A stretch of 64,000 bases of DNA from Octopus sinensis (Eukaryota): assembly GCF_006345805.1 (NCBI RefSeq), contig NC_042997.1:7998001-8062000 (forward strand), given 5' to 3'. The notes beneath the pieces are model-generated. The model searched no databases and was not told the origin of the DNA. It saw nothing but the letters and a program-made list of their open reading frames with translations. Below, piece after piece: positions 26,727 to 37,753 of this stretch (within the stretch, counting starts at the first letter, position 1; every line of letters begins with the position of its first letter). Made by a program: the position numbers and the translations under genes.

Positions 26727-26786
26727 TTCTATTGAGGATGAATAAGTCTTTTATGAGATTAATTCCGAAATTGATTCAATATAGAA
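26727..26786 (+). ncRNA. Type I hammerhead-like motif (C3U, G10.1U; probably decayed)
   Basis: UUCUA-UUGAGGA-[UGAAUAA..UUAAUUCC]-GAAA-UUG-AUU-CAAU-A-UAGAA. Helix I is UUCUA/UAGAA, helix III is AUUG/CAAU, and H17 is A26781. Confidence 0.65.
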
Positions 26787-27001
26787 GTAACGAATTTTTA
26801 AAAAACTCTAACGGCCGGTTTGCCCGACTTCAGTTCTTCGGTTTTTGCTGTAGCGTGTAAATTAGATGTGGAAAGTGACGATTTAATTGTCTGTTACCAG
26901 CATATTGGCATTGAAATAATTTTCTTTAGCCATTACTTATAAGTTGTATATATATATATACATATACATATATATATATATATATTATATATATATAATA
27001 T

Positions 27002-27076
<75 letters not shown>

Positions 27077-27077
27077 A

Positions 27078-27860
27078 ATGTGTGTGTGTATTCGATTGTC
27101 CTTGCACAGAGGCCATCCGGATTCCCGTTTGCGCCGTGAACAGGGATAATCTTCTCTTCTTCGCTCTTTTACGCCATTTGGTCTCCACTATCCCCCTTTT
27201 CATCTAACTCTCCCGACTCGTACTTCTCTTCAGTCCTTCATCTTTTCACCCCTACTTTCTTTCCCTCCTCTTCCCCCCTTTCCTTTCTTCCCTCTTCTTT
27301 CTTCTTCCCTCTTCCCCCTCTCTCTTTCTCTCTGCTCCCTCACTCCCCTTCTCTTACCCTCTTCCTCCTCTCCCCTCATCTCCTATATCCCTCCCCCTCC
27401 CCCTCTCTCTTCTCTCCCCCTCTCACTCTCCCGCACACTATACTACACCATACGACATTACACATCACATCATACATACATACATACATACGTCCAAACC
27501 ACCATCCCTCTTCCACATGCACATACATACTCTCTTATGCACACACGCACCTTCAGGTTGGAGCGAGGTCACTTGACCCTGTTATCACCCCTACTATCCC
27601 TCTAGCGTCTAACGTCTGACCTCTAACGTTTGACCTCCGATATCTGACTTCTGAAATCAAAACGCCATGTTGGATCGTTAGCCCCTACACGCAATTTTTT
27701 TCTCTCCTTGTTTCTTTTCTGTGTATCTTTCTGTCGAAGAGCGTAGGTTCGAAACGTAAAAGACTTGTTTTATTTCTATTCCTGAGTGCTATACTAATAC
27801 ATTATTTGTTTGTACTCCACCTGCCCTCGTCTTTTGTTTATTTTCGTAAATCTTCCCGTT
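27078..27860 (+). mobile_element. Penelope-like element 3' end: GIY-YIG C-terminus, pyrimidine-rich UTR and pLTR tail
   Basis: 27090-27190 translates LSLHRGHPDSRLRREQG*..LRSFTPFGL, similar to the PLE endonuclease end (GLSLH.G....R...EQ..IF...TL.P.GLN). The tail carries a minimal hammerhead-like motif and runs into (TA)n. Confidence 0.7.
27726..27763 (+). ncRNA. Minimal type I hammerhead-like motif with a variant core (CUGUCGA+A)
   Basis: UCUUU-CUGUCGAA-GAGC-GUAG-GUUC-GAAA-CGU-A-AAAGA. Helix I has 5 bp, helix II has 4 bp, and helix III is the loopless palindrome ACGU. Confidence 0.6.
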
Positions 27861-27901
27861 ATATATATATATATATATATACATACACACACACACACAT
27901 T

Positions 27902-27986
<85 letters not shown>

Positions 27987-30396
27987 CATATATATTGCCG
28001 AACTCACCATTTTGTACTTTGAGCTTTATAATGTCATAATTTGATTATAGTCAGTATAAATTATTTCTAATATAGAGACAGAGACTCAAATGTTGGGTGG
28101 GAGTACTTGTATTAATATCGACTCTAGCACATCATCGATTCTTATTATGTCGTCAGAAGAGGAAGGGAAAAAAACTTGAAAAGACGTAATTGGAGGTTGG
28201 AACGTATAAAATCAAGTAACTAAATATTCCAATCTATTACATTCAGCATTTTCCTAATTCTGCTGAACACTTTCCTAATATGCCGAAGAATGATATATTA
28301 AGTTAACCTGTTCTAACACAGACAATACAGTTATTTACAGATTCCGATTTTGTCACCTATATTTGACATTTCGTAGACATTAAATTAGTGTTCACACATT
28401 TTCGCCAAAAACTAAATGAAAAACAATGTTTTGTGGAGTTTATTTTAGCATATTTCGAAAGCATTAGCGCAGTCGTTGGTTTTATCTTTTCATGCTCACT
28501 GTATGTCCTCCTATGTATTTCTACCATTGTTCTTCAAAAATGTTGCAGTTTGATATTCTGTTTCTGTTAGCAGTGCTCCCTGATGGTATCCACTGTTTTT
28601 CTCAATATATGTTATTTCTTTTTGTATATTAAATGCACAGTCAACCGTGTATGTGTTGTAAGTTCAATTACCAAGTGAAACAGCTTGCTTCAGAGTATCA
28701 TTCTATTGTCTCGATCAAAGCAATATAACAGAAAGCATTATTATTATTATCTATATAATTTGTGTGGTTAGCAGCATTAATAAAACTTCGAAAGTAGTTC
28801 ATTGACCATCTAATTACTTTACTTTGAGGATTACAGCTGCCTGTAATTCCTCCTTTGACAAATTACTCCTTTCTTCCGGCATTGATAAAATAAGAAGTCG
28901 CGAATTACTAGGGTGAAAAACATAGTTTCATAATATATGAGATGCGTCTCTGAAAGTATGCTAAGATGCTATATAACTTTGTCGCCTTGTTGATGAGGTA
29001 ACCAGTGGTGTGTATATAATCTTATATAAATGTGATTCGTAGTGTTGTCTTTCAAAGTAAATACTTATATCTGAAGATTTTAGTGAATAAACATCATTTA
29101 TGTATCTTACGATATTAGTGAACGGAAGTTGTTTGTGTAATTATCCGTGCACTGATACACATAGTCGATACATACTGTTCTACATTGTGGGGCTCCCACG
29201 CCATTTTAGTCTTTCAGCTTGAGTGAAGCGAAATTTATAAGTTAATGGATTTATTGGTAGTGGCATATTATGGATAAGTAAACATTAGTAATTTTGTACA
29301 AGTAAATATTTTGACATTACAATAATAACATGATTACCGTACACCAACGGGAGTCTGACCGAAGTCGTTTGCTTCGAAAAATAAACTAGACACTGAGAGA
29401 AAAATTCATGGGTTTCTGCTTGCTTCTCGAATCAATGCAAATAATATCGTAATCAAAAAAATTACAAACTACAATAGTGCATGTTGAATTGGTTTTTTAA
29501 CACATAATACAGAAGACCATTTTGGTTATTTTGCTACATTATTATAATTTGTCGTTTATGGATGCTGTTGCAACTGGAACTTTCAGTTAGACAAAATGGC
29601 AGGTAATTTGTTTTTGTATTATCTTTCTCCCTAACTTGAGAAATATTGAAATGAGGTTTCGAATCATTTTATTGTGAGTTATAAGTATGTTTATGTTAGA
29701 TACTGTTATTTGATTTTGTGTATGTAATTTGTGCAGTGGTGCTACTAAAGAGAGTTATTCAGTAACAGAGACTACTATAGTAACAAGAAAGAAGACAAAA
29801 AGTGAAAATGAATCAATGAATGACATGTGGTTGAATAGCATTCATGGTGCCATTTCAATGCTGTTGAAATCCAAACCTTTAGTCAATAAAATGTATTGTA
29901 AACATAGTATGGTGGAAACAATTTTAATGGCACTATAATCACATGCAAAAACACATTGGTATTCATCAAAATAGAAATTGAGATGTGTTTTGTATTCAAG
30001 TACAAAAAATGAGATGAAATGGTAATTCTTTTAATCGACAAAATGATCATATTTTTAGGTAGAGAAGGAAACCAACAAAACAAAAAGGGAACACATGAAA
30101 GAGAAGAAATAAAATAAGTGGTGCACTGTTATTGTGATGAGCAACACATTCAATCCCACAGATATAATCTGAAAATACCGATTTCATCGAGTCAGTTTAA
30201 TGCTTTATTTTTCCAACAAGACCTGGGATTTTCATAATCCAGTCTCATACCACTGCATGAGCTAAAGGTTGGAGGGGTGGGATAAACTACTTGTATCAAC
30301 TTCCTACAAAAGCAGGTAATAATTTTAGCTTGTACTTATTCATAGTGCAAGTTTTGAAGAGTGCAGCACGATTTTAACAGTTTTCCCAAAGATATA

Positions 30397-31419
30397 ATGG
30401 AAGTGACAAAGAAGGATATTCGGCATATTTTGTTTTATGAGTTCAATAAAGGCAACAACGCAACAGAAAATGCGAGGGATATCAATGCAGTATGTGGGGA
30501 TCGGATGATAAAAAGAACCAGTAACAACAGCTTAGAAGACAAGAATCATACTGGAAGATCTGCAGAACTTGAAGTGGATCTCCTGCAAACTCTGGTGGAA
30601 CAAAATCCTGTCATAACTGCTTAGGAGACTAGTAAAGAAGCTTGGATTTGGTCATTCAACCATGCATTAATGCATTCAACCTGCATGCCATTTAACCTGC
30701 ATGACATCGGAAAAGTGGGTCAACAGCAAAGTGGGTCACAAACTTTCCTCGTCTGATCATGTGCAGAGATTGAATGTTTGCACTTCTTTGCTGATACATC
30801 ACACGAATGAAACTTGTTTGGACTGAACAGTGGCTGTTGACGAGATAGGACTTCTCCATAAAAATGTCAACCGCCCACGTTAAATGATGTATTCACCCAC
30901 ATAAGGTGTTGTTATCTGCTTGGTGGGATATGAAAGGTTTAGTCCACTTTATTTTAATTTTAAACACAAATTAAACGGCTACAAAGGAGATCTACTGCGA
31001 GTAGTTTGAGCAGCTTAAGTCAGAGCTAGAAGAAAAACAACCATCTTTGGTTTCAAGACGAAATGTGTTCTTCCATCAGTATAATGATCCGCCATATACA
31101 ACGAGAATGACATTCCAAAGGCCAGGAGCAGTTCGAATGGTAAACGAGGCACCGCGCACCATGTTCGCCGCACATTGTCCCATCTGATTATCATTGATTC
31201 CGCAGTTTTCAAAATCATTTAGACAGGAAAAATATGAATTATGTTGAATAGTACTGGAGGTGTATTTTTGGTAACGCACAACTGAATTTTGGAAGAGAGG
31301 CCTTGCAACTGTACCAGATAGATGGAAGAGCATTGTATAAAATGATTAAAAAAGAACTTTGTTTATCTGAATTTTGAAAAGTAAAAGAAGTATAAAAAAC
31401 CGCATTATTTATAATATAC

Positions 31420-31423
<4 letters not shown>
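30397..31423 (+). pseudogene. Decayed mariner (DD34D-type) transposon with right TIR
   Basis: MEVTKKDIRHILFYEFNKGNNATENARDINAV..EDKNHTGRS..VEQNP..; HKVLLSAWWDMKGLVHF..; FFHQYNDPPY..; SDYH*FRSFQNHL..; FWKRGLATVPDRW. Multiple stops and frameshifts. The right end is ..ACCCAA|TA. The left TIR was not found. Confidence 0.9.
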
Positions 31424-31515
<92 letters not shown>

Positions 31516-31526
31516 ACGTGTGTATG

Positions 31527-31608
<82 letters not shown>

Positions 31609-31687
31609 ATAAATTAATAAATAAAACATATGCATATATACATACATATATGTACGTACCTACCTCTACATGTATATATACATGCAT

Positions 31688-31990
31688 ATATGGGTGCAAG
31701 ACACCAAAAAAGCGTCGAACACAATGAGAAACGAAAACATAAACAAGGAAATGGACATTTCTTTTCAACAACGAAAAAATAGAGTACAAGACATACAAAT
31801 AAAGGGAAATTCCCCTTCTTCAGTCGCCTTAGTTTCATCTACCCCACGTTTCGAAAGTCAAGGCGATACATGACTTCAATAAAACTTTCCTTCCCGCGAA
31901 AATAAAATTAAATAAAATTTGAGATTTTTTTGCGGAGGGGTAAAAATGGTAACAAAAACAGGACAGTAACGACAGTACAAAATATAAACA
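31688..31990 (-). mobile_element. Interspersed tail element 'family X' (probably a PLE pLTR), copy 1
   Basis: Reverse-complement homologue of 43270-43570 and, in part, of 42670-42810. It carries the permuted hammerhead-like motif, and its 3' end runs into a TA/TATG tract. Confidence 0.7.
31808..31875 (-). ncRNA. Hammerhead-like motif, non-circularly permuted (pseudoknotted) order
   Basis: Minus strand: UCAUGU-A-UCGCCUUG-ACUUUC-GAAA-CGUGG-GGUAGAUGAAAC-UAAGGCGA-CUGAAGA-A-GGGG. Helix I has 8 bp, helix III has 6 bp (two G.U), the triplet is GUA, and helix II is G-C plus G.U pairs. Confidence 0.7.
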
Positions 31991-31995
31991 GTAAA

Positions 31996-32060
<65 letters not shown>

Positions 32061-32336
32061 AGGATAAGATCGTTATTTAAAACACCGATCATATCAGTTG
32101 GCTAGCATGGAAATAAAAACCTCATAGGTAATAATTATTATGTATAATTAAGGGTATCTAAGAAATACCATTATACTAGATATAGCAGCAAACACTTGAC
32201 TCTCAAACCACATTAAATGTTCATACAGCATAGGAGAGAAGACAATGAGAAAAAATAAACTAGGGAAAACATTATTAGATAATTCCAGATCCCAGATTTC
32301 TAGCTGACCATAAGAAATGCTTTGTATATATATAAA

Positions 32337-32519
32337 GTAAAGTATACTAGCCTTCTCAATATGGCTAACCACTAAGGGTGGGTGTTACTGTAGCTTTTAG
32401 CCCCAGGAGATCATCGTCTCCAGCTGGCTTTAGGCACACTTTCTGTGCCCTTATGGTTACAGCTACAGTAACACCCACCCTTAGTGGTTAGCCATATTGA
32501 GATGGCTAGTATACTTTAC
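32337..32519. repeat. 183-bp fold-back with 59-bp arms (one mismatch)
   Basis: 32337-32395 is the reverse complement of 32461-32519, with a 65-bp unique spacer. Confidence 0.92.
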
Positions 32520-32566
32520 GTTGTCGAGCAGTAACTGTTTACATCTCGTTCAGAGATTTATTATTG

Positions 32567-32610
<44 letters not shown>

Positions 32611-32674
32611 CATGGCAATTATTTAACCCAACAAAATGATCATATGTTTAGGTAGAGAAGGAAAACAACAAAGA

Positions 32675-32970
32675 TGATCCAGTTGATCCGACCAAAGGAA
32701 CAGCCTGTCCGTGAAATGAACGTGCATGTGGGTGAGCATTCCACGGAAATGTGTACGCTGGAGCTAGTTCTCAGTAAAATTGAGAGTTTTAGGGTACGTA
32801 ACAAGGCTAGCCCTTTCAAATACAGGTATTACTCATTTTACCAGTTGAGTGGACTAGAGCAACGTGAAATGAAGTGTCTTTCTCAAGGACTCAACGAGTC
32901 AACGCGTTTTTAAACTCATGACCTTACGATTGTGAGCCGAATACCATAACCATGGAACCACACCTCCTTC
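32675..32970 (-). mobile_element. tRNA-derived SINE (degraded)
   Basis: The minus strand begins GGAGGTGTGGTTCCATGGTTATGGTATTCGGCTCACAATCGTAAGGTCATGAGTT. It contains TCCTTGAGAAAGACACTTCATTTCACGTTGCTC, shared with the SINE at 43703-44040. Confidence 0.75.
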
Positions 32971-33197
32971 ATTCTATATGCTTGTGTGCGTATGTGAAAA
33001 ATAGCGGTCAATATGGCCATAAATGGCCATTGTTTTATAGTATCTTATTGCACTTTAAAGGTGCAAATATGTACAATAACGACAGGCCGAAACATGACGT
33101 ATGCCAAAAACTAAGTACTTATTAATAGACTGCAGTATGACTTTACATTTAAAAAATGATACTTTGTGTATATTCTCTGCTTTGTTTAAAGAATTAA

Positions 33198-33249
<52 letters not shown>

Positions 33250-33748
33250 ATATATATATATAACTTATATAAAATCTGTTCTGTCTGTGTGTGTCCCATT
33301 GCGCTCAAATTTGAAATGTAGATACCGACGGTATGAGGGCGTGTATAACCTTGGAAACATTATAAAAAAGTATTCCAGGTGAGAACGCGATCGATAAAGC
33401 CGTGGGAAATTGTTTCTCTTTTGTTTCTCCTTATGCCGCTGATAGACATTGCCTCCCTTTACACCAATCATGCATATTTCATACACAGTCGATCATTTTT
33501 CTTTCTTTTTCTTTTTCAACTACTGTTGAGTGCCAAACAAATTTGCTAAACTCAATTTAGTTACCTCCCTTTATCTTTTGGATGACTTCTCGAGGCAAAA
33601 GTTATCACGGGTCAATGAGCAGGGCTGTTGTTTTTATTTCTCGCATGCCATTGGTTCCACATTCAATTCGTTTTGCTTGTATATATATATATGTTACTCA
33701 CTCTCCTTTTCTCTCTCTCTTCTCTGTATGTGTATGTATATATATGTA

Positions 33749-33832
<84 letters not shown>

Positions 33833-34974
33833 AGAGAGAGAGAGAGAGAGAGACTAATTATGCAATTTCAAATGTATGTAATCCTTGCGTTTCTTCTATT
33901 TCAAGTGGTTAGATTATTACATTATACTTAAGTACTTCCTTTATTAGTCAATTAGAAACAAAATGCATTGATGACATCGAGTTTCCTGCTAAATACAGTA
34001 TTAGATAGAAAGCAAGTCATGTAAACCATAGAAAGAATTATAGAGAGGGGACAATAATAAAAGGATAGAAGAAGAAATAGATAAGAGGAACAAAATTTCG
34101 TTGATATTTAACGAAGCAGAAGAGTGTTGAAATAAACTAAAGCTATAAATAAACAGTTAAGTCAATAAATTTCAGACAGGCACTCAAATTTAGCTAAAAA
34201 AATAGTAGGAAAGCGAAAGAAGGAAAGGAAAAGTAAGCGGACGTTACAGTTCTTGGAATAAACCTGCCAGGGGCAAAAAGAAGCAAGGTAATATACCATT
34301 ACTGATAAGATCATAAGGACTTAAGAAGGTACTGTCTTTTCCACAAGATTATAATGTCTTCCACTTAAGAAAATATTTATTAGGCTATGCTCTGGTATTA
34401 ATTGTTTAAACATAGCATTGAAGTAAAGATTAACATTCTTCCTGATTTAGGTATGCTACGGAATCAAATCTAAGGATGTTATACTAAATAACCCGATCAA
34501 GAAAAGCAACTATGTTCATAAACATTACTTTCTTAATGAAAAATTTTACTTTTCTACATTGCTGTCTGAATATATTTTTCTACTTTGAAATCACACAATA
34601 TAAGGTGTCATATTAACTGGTCTATTCCAGCGGGAACTGAAACTTACGAAGCAATAGACGGACCTGCATGCTATTTTCCTGTGAAGCTCTGAGATTTTGT
34701 TTAGCTAATTGAGAGAACTATTAGAGCAACTCAATGAATTAATGGTTAATTGTAACCAAACATTGAAATTAACATTCCAACATTAAGTTAGGGACACTGG
34801 TTAATATCAACTTATTATGCAGAGATGCATCTTACCGCCAGTTTCCGTCTATGGGTTTCTATTTGCTCTCAAATGCTCCGACTAAGCACCTTTAAAAATT
34901 GAAATAAGTTTCATAGTTTAATTTGATACTATATGTATTTCTCAATCTTAAATTTTATTTTTTATTTATTTATA

Positions 34975-35110
34975 CGCCCTTTTCAAGCCTAACCAGGCTC
35001 ATGGACCCAATATCCCGGTTTCTATAGCGTATGTGTTCACCCCCAGCTGGACGGGACGCCAGTCCATCTCAGCGTTACACAAGAAATAGGAAGAAAGAGT
35101 GAGAGAAAGT
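34975..35110 (-). mobile_element. SINE 3' fragment (V/CORE-type central motif)
   Basis: The minus strand contains GATGGACTGGCGTCCCGTCCAGCTGGGG, a conserved SINE body motif, and ends in an A-rich tail near 34960. Confidence 0.55.
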
Positions 35111-36367
35111 GTACAACAGTGAGTGTGTGCGCGCATGCGTCTTTGTGTCCATGCATATAAGTATGGAAATGAACGTTGAGGTGCGGGGAGTTAGCTACTC
35201 GGTATAGGATAGGAAGAAATGAGACATAGCTACTCGGTATTTGTGGCAGAACAGATGGCTTGTAGAAGCTAGATTTACAGTGATTTACAAGCATTCAGGT
35301 GCGTTCTGAATATTTGAAGTGTGAAGTCTCAACCGCAAAACATACATGTAATTTAAATTTCAATTCAATAAACAGTATATAGTAAGGTGCACGCCGTTAC
35401 TTGTGGGATTTCGCGAAGTAATGCTTTTCATACTGTAATAGTTCACTACCACTTCATTATTATATTGCAGTCTTCTGAAGAAACGTTCAATGCAACGGAA
35501 CTCTTGAGTGGTAACACATGCCTTTAGCCGAGTATGTGTGTATCAGTTCTAAACAGTACAGTAAGTTGAATCCCTTCACATCGAATTGTGAACCATTCAT
35601 TTGATCAATACAGATTTTTAAAATAGATGCCCAGGTAATCCAATTAACTTATAATATTTAAAGGTGGAAATTTAACATGTCTAAAACTTTAAAACTCTAG
35701 AGAAATAATACATTTATGGCATCATGTCTTTTAACTGATGGTAATGCTATATATAGCTTTCTGATTCCCAGATAAAATCGATACAAGAGAATCTTAATTT
35801 TACCAAATCTGCATTATTTAGAAGATAAGAATACGAACTCATTACAAATCAAATCAGATTTATACATTCTACTTACTCGGCTAAATGAGACTTGTGTTTA
35901 TTATCGACTGGTATACTCAACGTGTTACGGAAGACTCGCACTAAAACTCCCCTTAAAAACCAATCAAACACAGATCCACGCGTACAAAACTATATTTCTT
36001 CAGAAATATTTCTTTAGATAAATATCTGTTTGGAAACACGTTGCCTACTTCAAAGAGTTAATGTAGACAATCAATTGAACTGCAGCTAAGTTTTCCAAAC
36101 CTATTAGTCTGGGTGGTGAATTTGCTAAATTATATTATCGGAATAGTTTAAATGCTAAAAAGAAGCAAATTGTTCACAGTATGCAGTAATTAAATAAGTC
36201 TGTGAAATGAAATGTGTAGAAATGTGATAATGTGTGCGAAGAAATAAATAAACGGTGATATTAAACAACTTTGATTAAATAATATATCTAACACATACAC
36301 ACACACATTCACACATACACACACATATATACTCACACATAAGCAAACGTATGCAAGCCCAAACGCT

Positions 36368-36398
<31 letters not shown>

Positions 36399-36515
36399 AT
36401 GTATGTATGTATGTATGTATATACATATATATATGTGTGTGTGTGCATGTATATGCATATATATATATATGTATGTGCGTATATATAAGAATATATATGT
36501 ACATATGTACACTAC

Positions 36516-36552
<37 letters not shown>

Positions 36553-36867
36553 CCTATGCAGTTGTTATTCAGAAGGTACAGGAAGATTAGCATAAGTTTC
36601 AAAAGAATTTATGCTTCATGAAACCCAATGCAACTGTCTGTCAACAGCTAATGGACAAGCAATCGGAAAACGTGATACATCTCACTGTTACGATAAAATT
36701 GAAGATAATCAGGTGCAAGTATGTAGAATGCAGGTTGCAGAAAATGAAGTAATGGAGAAAATCTGAATTGTAGGATGGAAACATTCTACCTAGGTGATGT
36801 ACTCGCACAAACACTTGCAGTGGGTTCTCTGAACTTGTTTTCTGCATGTATGTATGCATTTTCTGTC

Positions 36868-37753
36868 TTTTTTTATTTTATTTAGTTTCAGCTCACAAGC
36901 TGTGGCCATGCTGGGGCACCGCCATTCGGTGTTGCTACATGATTTTACTTCACGAATACCTTTTTAGCAAATGCCATCTGGTGCATGAGAGAGTTCGATG
37001 CAGCTGCACTCATCTGCACCTCCTGCCGTGAAGTTGGTTCATCTGGGACACCTGACAAGAAGAGATCAAGTTTCATTTTAAAGACATCTGCATCCACGCC
37101 ATGCAGGTCTCTTAGGTTCTTCGGGAGGATAATGAAGATCTGTGGGCCTCGGAAGCCCAGGCTATCACAGTATCTTGTCCTACATCTTGATGGCAAATTT
37201 GGAGTCATTGGCACTATGCAGTGGCGCCCAGTTCTGGCATTTGTGTAACTCTCGATGCCAAAGTTTGGGACAAGTCCTTCTAGGATCTTCCAGATGTATA
37301 TTATGGCATATCTTTCTCGCCTACGCTCTAAAGAATAGAGTCTCAATCTCTTGAGTCTTTCCCAATAGCTTATATGCTGCACAGAGGCTATCTTCGTGTA
37401 GCTTCGTTGGATCGCCTCAAGTTCTGTGATTAACTTGACACTGGATGGTGACCATAGTTGAGAGCAATAGTCAAAGTGACTTAGGACAAGTGTCCTCCAG
37501 AGGACCATCATGGTTTCCTGGTCTCTTGTTCTAAAGGTTCTAAGAACCCCATCCGGTCAGCAGCCTACATTTCATTGTCAATTTAGCAACATGCACATGA
37601 AGGTTGCATCATCACTCATGTAAATACCTACTGTCTCGCACTGATTGTGCCTCTGGGATTGCAATCCCTCCAGGTCCAGTGTGTTTATTGGGCATTGCAT
37701 TTAGTTTTGCATGCTGATAGTATAAAGCTTGAAACTTTTCAGCATTGAACTTT
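36868..37753 (-). mobile_element. CR1/L2-group LINE, 5'-truncated 3' end (RT C-terminus and 3' UTR)
   Basis: KFNAEKFQAL..RD-GIYMSDD..RTFRTRDQETMMVLWRTLVLSHFDYCSQLWSP..LEAIQRSYTK..SYWERLKRLRLYSLERRRERYAIIYIWKILEGLVPN (ORF 36945-37511), with one frameshift near 37620. The 3' UTR GGTGCCCCAGCATGGCCACAGC..GCTGAAAC(TAAA)n closes the element. The truncation point abuts (TATG)n at 37754-37930. Confidence 0.92.

Noticed and set aside
29365-29400. CTGACCGAAG..CTTCGAAA hairpin
   Set aside because: The core does not match CUGANGA, and helix III and UH cannot be formed convincingly.
35475-35510. CTGAAGA-AACGTT..AACG-GAAC-TCTTGAGT hammerhead-like words
   Set aside because: GAAA is incomplete, position 17 is G, and there is no helix I. 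At most it is a relic.
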